Source of the DNA: Minisyncoccota bacterium
Lineage (GTDB): Bacteria; Patescibacteriota; Minisyncoccia; UBA6257
DNA length: 64,000 bases
Assembly (NCBI GenBank): GCA_035385585.1
Contig: DAOOKJ010000002.1
Location: 595 to 64,594 of the forward strand
Reading direction: 5' to 3'
Position numbers and translations under genes: made by a program. Positions 47,346 through 55,387 of this stretch are shown in pieces. The notes beneath the pieces are model-generated. The model was not told where the DNA came from. It searched no databases and worked only from the letters and a program-made list of their open reading frames with translations. Every line of letters begins with the position of its first letter. Position 1 is the first letter of the stretch.

Positions 47346-47736
47346 ATGAAATCAAAAAAGAATCTATTAATTGTGATAGGAGTAATTATAGTAGTCGTCG
47401 CTTTATTTTTCGTTTTTAAAGGGAATAACTTCTCAAAAATAAGCCCCTTAAATGAAAATGCTTTAAATAAGACACTCTCAAAACCATCATTGCTTCATCC
47501 TCCTGGAAAAATTTTTTGTGGAGGCATTGTCAAGGTCAATAGTTGGCACTGAAAATGGAGACAATAAAGGGATACCAACCGAAGAAGGCGGCAAATTTAT
47601 GAATTTTCTTCAGCAATACGGAATCAATTTTAAAGAACTGGAAGAATATTCCGATGCCTTATCTTTAGACCCAGTAAGAAGTCAGGAAGTGAGCACGAAG
47701 TTATCTAATCGACTTACAAAGTTAGGGGAAAAATAA
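47346..47736 (+). pseudogene. Broken gene for a membrane-anchored protein (two overlapping frames)
   Basis: 47346-47552 (signal anchor) and 47518-47736 overlap in different frames. Confidence 0.5.
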
Positions 47737-47741
47737 TAATC

Positions 47742-48917
47742 TTAAACTCTCTTTTGAGTGGTTTCCAAGATTTTCGCGCAAACAAGGCCAATAATAGAAA
47801 AAATAATAGCAACGGTAATTAAATAATTATCGCTTTTAATTGCGCTTAAAAGAAAACTTGGAATCGTACCGCCTAAAGTAGAAATAATACTTGAGGCAGC
47901 GCCGGCTTTTTGAACCTGCTCTTCAAAAAGGTCTAATGATAAAGCGGCTCCATTGCTTTCTTTAATCGCATAGTCAACCCCAAAAGCACATAAGGTAATT
48001 GCCAATACCCAAATGTTTTTGCTTAAGAGAAAACACACCCCTCCAACAATTCCTATCAAGATTTCCAGATAAAGCATTTTAAAACGACCTATTTTGTCAG
48101 AAATTGCTCCCATAGGGTGAGTTAATAATACTCTCGTAATTTGAAAGACTATAAGAAGAAGGCCAATGTAAGAAGCGCCATAAAGGTTCTGAATAGTAAG
48201 AGGAATTTTTGCAGTAATTAATCCAAAAATCCAACCAGTGGCAATAGAACTGGGAAAAAGCAAAAGGATTCTTCTATCAAAAACAAATTTTAGAATTTCT
48301 TTCAACTGACCAATAAAACTTCTTGAATAACTCTCTTGAAATTTTGATTTTGGCTCTCTTAAAAAGATTAGAAGAATGAGAAAACCTAGAAAAGCGATAA
48401 TTGTAAGAATGAAATAAAAATTTATAAAAGACCCCCGAGCCAAATAGAGCGAACCAAAAACCAAACTCAAAGTTGCCCCAATTCTTACTCCGGCGCGATA
48501 AAAACCATTAAAACTTCCTCGTTTTTCTTTAGGACTAACTGCTCCAATATATGCCACTTCAACATTACCTTTTAATCCTGCCCCTAATCCCAAACAAATA
48601 GCCGCCGTATATAAAAAAAGAACATTTCTCGTAATAATAGCCAATATAAAAAGAGGGTAAGAGAAAAAACCCAAAACTAATGATTTTTTTAAGCCAATTT
48701 TAGAACTTATAAACGGCGCCGCAATATTTCCCAAAAATACTACCCCATATAAAAGCGAGAGGGCTTTTAGGGCGAAAGTTAATTGACCAGTGGTTTTATA
48801 AAAGGCGGTAAAATAATGTTCTGAGGCTTGCCAGCCAAAAAATAAAATTCCTCCTGCCAGAGTTAAAATTATAATATCTGCATATTGATTAAGAGAAAAT
48901 CGTCGTTTGTTTTCCAT
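47742..48917 (-). CDS. MFS transporter
   Basis: About 12 hydrophobic segments; GAISDKIGRF motif. Confidence 0.88.
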   Translation of the reverse strand: MENKRRFSLNQYADIIILTLAGGILFFGWQASEHYFTAFYKTTGQLTFALKALSLLYGVVFLGNIAAPFISSKIGLKKSLVLGFFSYPLFILAIITRNVLFLYTAAICLGLGAGLKGNVEVAYIGAVSPKEKRGSFNGFYRAGVRIGATLSLVFGSLYLARGSFINFYFILTIIAFLGFLILLIFLREPKSKFQESYSRSFIGQLKEILKFVFDRRILLLFPSSIATGWIFGLITAKIPLTIQNLYGASYIGLLLIVFQITRVLLTHPMGAISDKIGRFKMLYLEILIGIVGGVCFLLSKNIWVLAITLCAFGVDYAIKESNGAALSLDLFEEQVQKAGAASSIISTLGGTIPSFLLSAIKSDNYLITVAIIFSIIGLVCAKILETTQKRV

Positions 48918-48930
48918 CTTATTTATAAAT

Positions 48931-49812
48931 TTACCAGTCGAAAATTGAAATTAGATATTCGTCAATTTCGCGTTGGTCTAAATCGTAAAAATTTTTATTT
49001 TCTTGATGAAGTTTGGTGGCTAATCTAATACCGACAAATCGCCAATGCCAAGGTTCAAAAATATAATATTTGTTATTTTCTGGATAAGATAAAATAAAAC
49101 CGTATTTATAAGCATTTTCTAAAAGCCATTTATAGGTTTTTGTTTTATGAAATAAAGAAGAATTTCCATTGAATTCACTGGTAGTAAAATCAATAGTTGT
49201 TCCTAATTGGTGTTCTGAATATCCTTGGTCAGCAACAAATTTATTTGCTCCAGAGCCATAAGAAAAAGAAGAACTGGATTTAATATTTGCTTGTTCAAAA
49301 AAAGACCGATATCCCCATTTAACCTTTAAATCAATTTGGTTCTTTTTTGCTTCTTCTAAAAGAGTGTATAAAAACGGCAAAACATTACCGTGGATATATT
49401 GTTCCTTTGAATTGTTTACATATTGGGAGTCAATCGGGAGCAGGGTTTTTGGCACATAGTTCTCGTTTAAAAAATAAACTTTGGAATATTTTTTTAGCAG
49501 TTCTTCGTCTAAACTTCTTAATTTTACAATCGTATTGACATTTTGCTTTAAATCTTCAAGAGTGGAAGAAACATTATCAATTTGCGCTTCTTGATTTATT
49601 AACTGCTCTTGAAGCGCTAAATTCTCTTCGTTTTTTCTTTCCACTATACTCTCATAAACTTCATTTACTCTCTGATAAACTGTAAGGGCACCTTTAACTT
49701 GCCTGAATTCGTTTAAGAAAATATAGAATTTTAGAGAGAAATAAGAAAGGGCGCCAAACCCAACCAAAATAATAACTAAAACAACTGCTGTTTTGAAAAA
49801 CGATTTTTTCAT
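48931..49812 (-). CDS. M15B D-Ala-D-Ala carboxypeptidase (VanY-like) with coiled-coil stalk
   Basis: GYRS, SEHQLGTTIDF, EPWHWRF. Confidence 0.9.
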   Translation of the reverse strand: MKKSFFKTAVVLVIILVGFGALSYFSLKFYIFLNEFRQVKGALTVYQRVNEVYESIVERKNEENLALQEQLINQEAQIDNVSSTLEDLKQNVNTIVKLRSLDEELLKKYSKVYFLNENYVPKTLLPIDSQYVNNSKEQYIHGNVLPFLYTLLEEAKKNQIDLKVKWGYRSFFEQANIKSSSSFSYGSGANKFVADQGYSEHQLGTTIDFTTSEFNGNSSLFHKTKTYKWLLENAYKYGFILSYPENNKYYIFEPWHWRFVGIRLATKLHQENKNFYDLDQREIDEYLISIFDW

Positions 49813-49902
49813 TTATTTTACCCCTTTATTGTATCAACTTTTGAGATATAAAGCAAAAATCATTTGTTTTAAGGCGCAAAATGCGATAAAATATTAAGAA
49901 TT

Positions 49903-50670
49903 ATGGAAAAAACAGAAAAAGAACTGGTTTTAAATGGCCTTTTAGTCCAATCTTATTTCAAAAAATCTTTAGAAAAATCTAAAGGAAATATTTTACTTCT
50001 CCACGGCTGGGGAGTTTCTGCCTCTATTTTTAATTCTCTGGCAGAATTTTTAACTAAGGAAAATTTTGATGTTTATTTAATTGATTTTCCCGGTTTTGGC
50101 AAATCGCCAGCGCCAAAAATGCCTTTAGTGTTGGAAAACTATTCGTTGTTGGCAAAAGAATTTATTGAAAAAGAAATCCAAGAAGAAACTATTGTTTTGG
50201 CTCATTCGTTCGGCGGGAGGGTGGCTATTAAATTAACCAGCAATTTCTCGCAATTGGTGAAAAAACTTGTTTTAATAGATAGCGCTGGTTTTGTAAAAAA
50301 AGGTTTGAAAAATACTTTAATTAAAATCTTTGCCCAAATTTTTAAGCCAATTTTTAAACTTCCGGCCTTTTCTTCGTTAAAGATTAAAATTTATAAAAAA
50401 ATCGGCACTGAGGATTATCTTTCAAATCTTGAATTGAAAAAAACTTACGCCAATATCGTAAAGGAAGATTTAACAGAAGAATTAAAAAAAATATCGGTTG
50501 AAACAATTATTATTTGGGGAAAAGATGATAAAACCACTCCTTTGAGTTGGGGAAAGAAAATGCACAAATTAATCAAAAATTCCAAATTTTACGAAATAAA
50601 AGGCGACCATTTTTGCTTTTTGGACAATCCTTCTGAATTTAACTTCATTCTAAAGAATATTCTTAGTTAA
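49903..50670 (+). CDS. Alpha/beta hydrolase
   Basis: LHGWG, DFPGFG, AHSFGG, WGKDD, GDH. Confidence 0.9.
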   Translation: MEKTEKELVLNGLLVQSYFKKSLEKSKGNILLLHGWGVSASIFNSLAEFLTKENFDVYLIDFPGFGKSPAPKMPLVLENYSLLAKEFIEKEIQEETIVLAHSFGGRVAIKLTSNFSQLVKKLVLIDSAGFVKKGLKNTLIKIFAQIFKPIFKLPAFSSLKIKIYKKIGTEDYLSNLELKKTYANIVKEDLTEELKKISVETIIIWGKDDKTTPLSWGKKMHKLIKNSKFYEIKGDHFCFLDNPSEFNFILKNILS

Positions 50671-50682
50671 AAAGTTATTTAA

Positions 50683-50746
50683 TCTGCTTTAAAACTTATT
50701 CGCTCGAACTGGCATTAGGGGTTTGCTGAAGCAGTATTGAAGCAGA
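50683..50746. repeat. Family A element, decayed and deleted copy
   Basis: ggtttgctgaagcagtattgaagcaga resembles 8291-8317. Confidence 0.55.
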
Positions 50747-50766
50747 CAAAAAACAACAATTTTAAA

Positions 50767-52191
50767 ATGAAAAAATTTGTAAAAATTCTATTTTTTTACC
50801 CTTTATACTTCCTTCAATTGGAAAACTACCAATTGAAAAGGTTTTATCAGGTTTATTTTAAAAAGGCTTCTACTTTAGAAAAACCACGGCAAAAACTCGT
50901 TTTAACTTTAAAAATCAAAGTTCTTATTTTGGTTTCGGCAATAATAATTCTTTTGGCTGGCGTATTGTTCGCTTACAAGTTTTCTGTCTGTTGGGGAATT
51001 GCTGCAAGTTTTATTCTTGTTTTATGTTTTCCATTTATTCTTGGTTTAAGCGTCATAATTCTTCTTCCGTTGGATATTTTAATCAAAAAACTAAATATTT
51101 TTCAGGCTCAACAAAAAATTAAAAGATTAAAAAATCTAAAAATAGTTGGAATTACCGGCAGTTATGGAAAAACTTCATTTAAGGAAATTTCAGCCGCTAT
51201 CTTGGGAACAAAATATAAAGTAGTTTATACTCCAGAAAACAAAAATACTCCGTTGGGAGTTAGCCAAGTCATTTTAAAAAATTTAAAGCCGGAAACGGAA
51301 ATTTTTGTGGCAGAAATGAGCGCCTGGCAAAAGGGAGATATTAAAATCCTCTCTCGAATAGCGCCACCGGGAATCGCGGTTTTAACAGGGATAAACGAGA
51401 GCCATTTAGAAAGGTTTAAAACCATTGAAAATACTATCAACACTAAATTTGAAATTGTTAAATATTCAAAGGAAAACGCTTTAGTTGTCTTAAATGCAGA
51501 CAACGATTATATTATAAAAAACTACAAAAAATATGTCGGCAATAAAAAGGTAATTTTCTTTGGCAAAGAAAACGAAGAATTTTTAAATTATAAAATTAAA
51601 GAAATAATTTTTAACGAAAACACCTTAAAACAAACTTTTATCTTGGAATTAGAAGGCAAAACTTATCAATTTGAAATTCCTTTTTTGGGTGAATATGCGG
51701 TAGCGATGACTATTGGCGCAATTTTAATCGCTAAATATCTCAATTTAAATGAAACAGAAATAAAAATAGGCTTGAGCTTGTTAAAACCAATAGAACACCG
51801 GCTTCAGCCAATCCTTCGTGACGATATTTTAATCATTGATGACAGTTATAATGGCAATCCTAATGGCGCCAGAGAGGCGATTAAGGTTTTGTCTCGTTTT
51901 AAAAAGAGAAGAAAAATTTATGTTACGCCGGGGCTGGTAGAAATTGGGAAGCGGAGTTACGAAATTCACAAAGAAATTGGAAAACTATTGGCTCCAGTAG
52001 CGGATTTGGTAATTTTAATAAAAAACAGCGTCACGGATTTCATTGTTGCAGGTCTTAAAGAAAGCGGCTTTAATTCAGAACAAATCATAATTTATAATAC
52101 TCCCTTTGAATTGGAAGAAAACATTAAAAAAATAATTAGAGCCAATGATGTAGTTTTATTTCAAAACGATTGGCCGGACAACTACCTGTAA
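50767..52191 (+). CDS. murF: UDP-N-acetylmuramoyl-tripeptide--D-Ala-D-Ala ligase with N-terminal TM helices
   Basis: GITGSYGKTS, IDDSYNGNP, NDWPDNY. The ORF-track start (50737) lies inside a repeat. Confidence 0.85.
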   Translation: MKKFVKILFFYPLYFLQLENYQLKRFYQVYFKKASTLEKPRQKLVLTLKIKVLILVSAIIILLAGVLFAYKFSVCWGIAASFILVLCFPFILGLSVIILLPLDILIKKLNIFQAQQKIKRLKNLKIVGITGSYGKTSFKEISAAILGTKYKVVYTPENKNTPLGVSQVILKNLKPETEIFVAEMSAWQKGDIKILSRIAPPGIAVLTGINESHLERFKTIENTINTKFEIVKYSKENALVVLNADNDYIIKNYKKYVGNKKVIFFGKENEEFLNYKIKEIIFNENTLKQTFILELEGKTYQFEIPFLGEYAVAMTIGAILIAKYLNLNETEIKIGLSLLKPIEHRLQPILRDDILIIDDSYNGNPNGAREAIKVLSRFKKRRKIYVTPGLVEIGKRSYEIHKEIGKLLAPVADLVILIKNSVTDFIVAGLKESGFNSEQIIIYNTPFELEENIKKIIRANDVVLFQNDWPDNYL

Positions 52192-52246
52192 AATTAACTG
52201 CCAATAACATTTTCTTTTTAAGATTTGTTCTGCTAAAATAATAATT

Positions 52247-53422
52247 ATGAAAAGCGCTAAACCAACAATTGGAGTATTTTTTGGCAGCCGAAGCCCAGAA
52301 CACGATATTTCTATTATTACGGCTGAGTTAATTATCAGCGGATTAAAAGGGTTAGAATATCCAGTTATTCCTGTATATTTTGCCAAAGACGGCACTTGGT
52401 ATATTAATGAAAAATTATCTAATTTGTCTTTTTTTCAGACTGATATTTGGGATTTTAAAAATTGGCATCGTTATTATTTAGATTTAGAAAATTCTAAAGA
52501 AAAAATCGTTTTAAAGCAAAAGGGGATTTTTGGGAAAAAAATAACGATTGAAGTTTCTTTTCCGGCTTTTCACGGCCAATATGGGGAAGACGGCACAATT
52601 CAAGGTTTATGGGAAATTTTTAATATTCCTTATATTGGCTGCAGTGTTTCAAGTTCTGCTTTGGCGAAAGACAAAGTTTTTACAAAATTAATTTACAAAG
52701 CAAAACAGATTCCAACAACAGATTTTATCTATTTTTATAACTTTGAGTGGGATATTCATAAAGAAAAAATCTTAAAAGAAATCCAGGAAAAACTTCATTA
52801 TCCTCTGTTTGTAAAACCATCAAGGCTCGGTTCGTCTATTGGAATAAAAAAGGTAAAAAATCGCAACGAGTTGGAAGAGGCGATTGAAGTTGCCCTTCAC
52901 TACGATGAAAAAATTATAGTTGAAAATGGAATTGAAAATGTTAGAGATTTAACTTGCGCAGTTTTGGGAAATTCTAAAGACCTGTTTGTTTCTTTGGTTC
53001 AAGAATCGCTTTATGAGACTGATTTTTTTACCTTTGAAGACAAATATTTAAAAGCCGGAGGCGCTCAAACAGGAAAAGCCCAACAAAAAATAGTTATTCC
53101 GGCAGAAATTCCTAATAATCTGACTGAAGAGATTCAAAAATTAGCAAAAGAAATTTTTGTGATGTTTGGCTGCAGCGGAATCTCAAGAATTGACTTTCTA
53201 TACGATGAAAAAGAAAATAAACTCTACACCAATGAAATCAATCCTTTGCCAGGCACACTCTACCATCATTTATTCAAGAAGAGCGGTATTGAACTTCCTC
53301 AATTATTGCAAAAACTAATTGATTCAGCGTTTGAAAGACATAGAGAAAAACAGCAATTAATCACTACTTTCAATTCTTCAGTTTTAAAGCAAAGCAATAT
53401 CTCAAATAAATTCAAAATTTAA
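52247..53422 (+). CDS. ddl: D-alanine--D-alanine ligase
   Basis: SPEHDIS, HGQYGEDG, KPSRLGSSIG, NEINPLPG. Confidence 0.93.
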   Translation: MKSAKPTIGVFFGSRSPEHDISIITAELIISGLKGLEYPVIPVYFAKDGTWYINEKLSNLSFFQTDIWDFKNWHRYYLDLENSKEKIVLKQKGIFGKKITIEVSFPAFHGQYGEDGTIQGLWEIFNIPYIGCSVSSSALAKDKVFTKLIYKAKQIPTTDFIYFYNFEWDIHKEKILKEIQEKLHYPLFVKPSRLGSSIGIKKVKNRNELEEAIEVALHYDEKIIVENGIENVRDLTCAVLGNSKDLFVSLVQESLYETDFFTFEDKYLKAGGAQTGKAQQKIVIPAEIPNNLTEEIQKLAKEIFVMFGCSGISRIDFLYDEKENKLYTNEINPLPGTLYHHLFKKSGIELPQLLQKLIDSAFERHREKQQLITTFNSSVLKQSNISNKFKI

Positions 53423-53428
53423 GGTCGA

Positions 53429-53485
53429 TTCACTCACCCAAATCCCGCTTTTTTTTGAAAAAAGAGCAGGATTTAGGCGAACAAG
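53429..53485. repeat. REP-like palindrome, family B, copy 3 (inverted)
   Basis: ttcactcacccaaatcccgc...gcaggatttaggcgaacaag. Confidence 0.75.
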
Positions 53486-53515
53486 TAAAATTAAATTAAC
53501 TTCTAATTAACTTCT

Positions 53516-53794
53516 ATGGTGAATTTTGTCATTAAAAAAGATGGTTCGCAAGAACCATTTGACCAAGAAAAAATAAAAAGGGCAGTCATTGGCGCTTGCA
53601 AAGAAGCAGGATTGAATGAAACAAAACAGGCAGAATTGGCCCAAAGCATTAGCCAAAAAATAATGGAAATATTTAACGGTCAAGAAGTAGTAAAATCTAT
53701 TGAACTGCGGGATAAAATTTTAGGTGAATTAGAAATAATGGCACCCGAAGCAACCGCTGCTTGGTACAACTACGAAGCGAATAAAGCAAAATAG
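53516..53794 (+). CDS. Stand-alone ATP-cone domain protein
   Basis: VIKKDGSQEPFDQEKI. Confidence 0.88.
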   Translation: MVNFVIKKDGSQEPFDQEKIKRAVIGACKEAGLNETKQAELAQSISQKIMEIFNGQEVVKSIELRDKILGELEIMAPEATAAWYNYEANKAK

Positions 53795-53818
53795 GAGGCG
53801 AAAATAAAAAGGGGCAAA

Positions 53819-54343
53819 TTATTGCCCCTTAGATTTTTTATCTAACTCTTCTTCTATCTTTTCTATTTCTTGAATTAATGCTTTATTTTGCCTGATGGAA
53901 TCATTCTGAAACCATAAAATGAATTTTTGAAATAATATATGTGCTTGCCATTCTTGACCCCATATTTCCAGACACTCTTGTAAAATGAGTTTAAATTTTT
54001 CAGCTTTTTTTCTGTTATGAAAATCAATTGTAATCTGTTTTATATTCTCTGAATCTTCTTTAGCAGCATTTAAAGCAGAATCCGTCAGCTCCTTCATTTG
54101 GATATCAAAATCTTTCAGAAAATCATCATATAGTTTCAAGTCAGTAATCGTTTTTCCAAAATAAAAAGGTAATATCTCCTCAAAAAAAAACCGCATAATG
54201 GCAGAGGGGTGCCAGTTATTGAACAACGAATGATACAATCCATGCTTAAATCTATTGATCTTTGGAAGTTTATTCTTTTCTTCATCACTTCCCCCAATGC
54301 TCACCGGTACTATATGGTGAGTATCAGTACCGTCCCTTTTCAT
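53819..54343 (-). CDS. Orphan protein with N-terminal HNH-like motif
   Basis: HHIVPVSIGGSDEEKN...H...H; ATG at 54343 after GGGAGGTG. Confidence 0.7.
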   Translation of the reverse strand: MKRDGTDTHHIVPVSIGGSDEEKNKLPKINRFKHGLYHSLFNNWHPSAIMRFFFEEILPFYFGKTITDLKLYDDFLKDFDIQMKELTDSALNAAKEDSENIKQITIDFHNRKKAEKFKLILQECLEIWGQEWQAHILFQKFILWFQNDSIRQNKALIQEIEKIEEELDKKSKGQ

Positions 54344-54419
54344 CTTCACCTCCCGTTTAAAAAATTTTTAAAGAACAAAATTACTCTTTTATTGTATCAG
54401 TTATCCTCTATTTAAGCAA
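54344..54419 (-). promoter_or_regulatory. Cassette leader: promoter, boxA-like motif, SD
   Basis: TTGCTT-N17-TACAAT; GTTCTTTAAAAA (54376-54365); SD at 54347-54354. Confidence 0.65.
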
Positions 54420-54428
54420 TATCAAAAT

Positions 54429-55187
54429 ATGAAAGACTATCTTCAAAGAGCAAAAAAGTGGCTATTAGAAGAAAAATATAATGGCGAGCAGTCTGTACAA
54501 TATTTTAAAGATTTAGAAAAACTAAAAAGAGGAGAGCCTTTAGATTACGTAATCGGTTTTAGAGATTTTTTAAATTGCAAAATTGATTTGTCTTTAAAAC
54601 CTTTAATTCCGCGCGAAGAAACAGAACATTGGTTGGAAAAAATTATCATTGATATCAAAAACAAGTATTCTGGCAAAAAATTAAAAATTTTAGACCTTTT
54701 TAGCGGTTCTGGTTGCGTTGGCATAGCAATTTTAAAACATCTACCGAATTCTCTGGTTGTTTTTGGCGAAAAATCTCCTAAATTTATAAAACAAATTAAA
54801 ATTAATCTAAAAATAAATAAAATAAAGCCTTCCCGCTATAAAATTGTTCAAACAGATATCTATTCAAATATTAAGGGAAAATTTGATTTTATTTTTGCCA
54901 ATCCGCCTTATTTATCTAAACAAAGAATTTCCAAGGTTCAAAAATCGGTTTTAAAATACGAACCGAAAAACGCTTTATTCGCCAAAAACAACGGCTTATA
55001 CTTTATTGAGAGATTAATTAAAACATCAAAAAATTTTCTAAAATCAAAAGGAGAAATGTTCATTGAATTTGACTCCTGGCAGAAAAAGAAAATAGAGAAA
55101 ATTTTAAAAGTAAATCCTTTCTACAATTTTCAATTTTTTAAAGACCAATTCAATCGTTACCGCTACTTAAAACTTACTTTGAAATAA
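54429..55187 (+). CDS. prmC: Release factor glutamine methyltransferase
   Basis: GEPLDYVIG, LIPREETE, DLFSGSG, NPPY. Confidence 0.88.
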   Translation: MKDYLQRAKKWLLEEKYNGEQSVQYFKDLEKLKRGEPLDYVIGFRDFLNCKIDLSLKPLIPREETEHWLEKIIIDIKNKYSGKKLKILDLFSGSGCVGIAILKHLPNSLVVFGEKSPKFIKQIKINLKINKIKPSRYKIVQTDIYSNIKGKFDFIFANPPYLSKQRISKVQKSVLKYEPKNALFAKNNGLYFIERLIKTSKNFLKSKGEMFIEFDSWQKKKIEKILKVNPFYNFQFFKDQFNRYRYLKLTLK

Positions 55188-55212
55188 CACCTTTCTTTTC
55201 TTAATTCTTCCT

Positions 55213-55254
55213 CTTTTCTTTTTTTAGTGACGATCGTCATTAAAAAAAGAAAAG
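55213..55254. promoter_or_regulatory. 42-bp near-perfect palindrome abutting the putative uvrB promoter
   Basis: cttttctttttttagtgacga|tcgtcattaaaaaaagaaaag, one mismatch. Confidence 0.55.
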
Positions 55255-55387
55255 TTGCAATAAGAAGGTCAAAAATGGTAAGATAGAAAAATAGAATAGA
55301 AAACACAGGGCTCTATTTGAGGGACTTATATAACTTCAAAATAGGGCGCTTTTGTATTTTAGAAATCAGTCTTAGAGTCAGAAAAAA

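Noticed and set aside
32727-47740. Prophage or intact integrative element
   Set aside because: No structural genes, no intact integrase and no long tRNA 3' duplication; only short cores remain.
48931-53422. Vancomycin-resistance (van) cluster
   Set aside because: No vanH/vanX/vanRS; Ddl keeps the omega-loop KY typical of D-Ala-D-Ala ligases.
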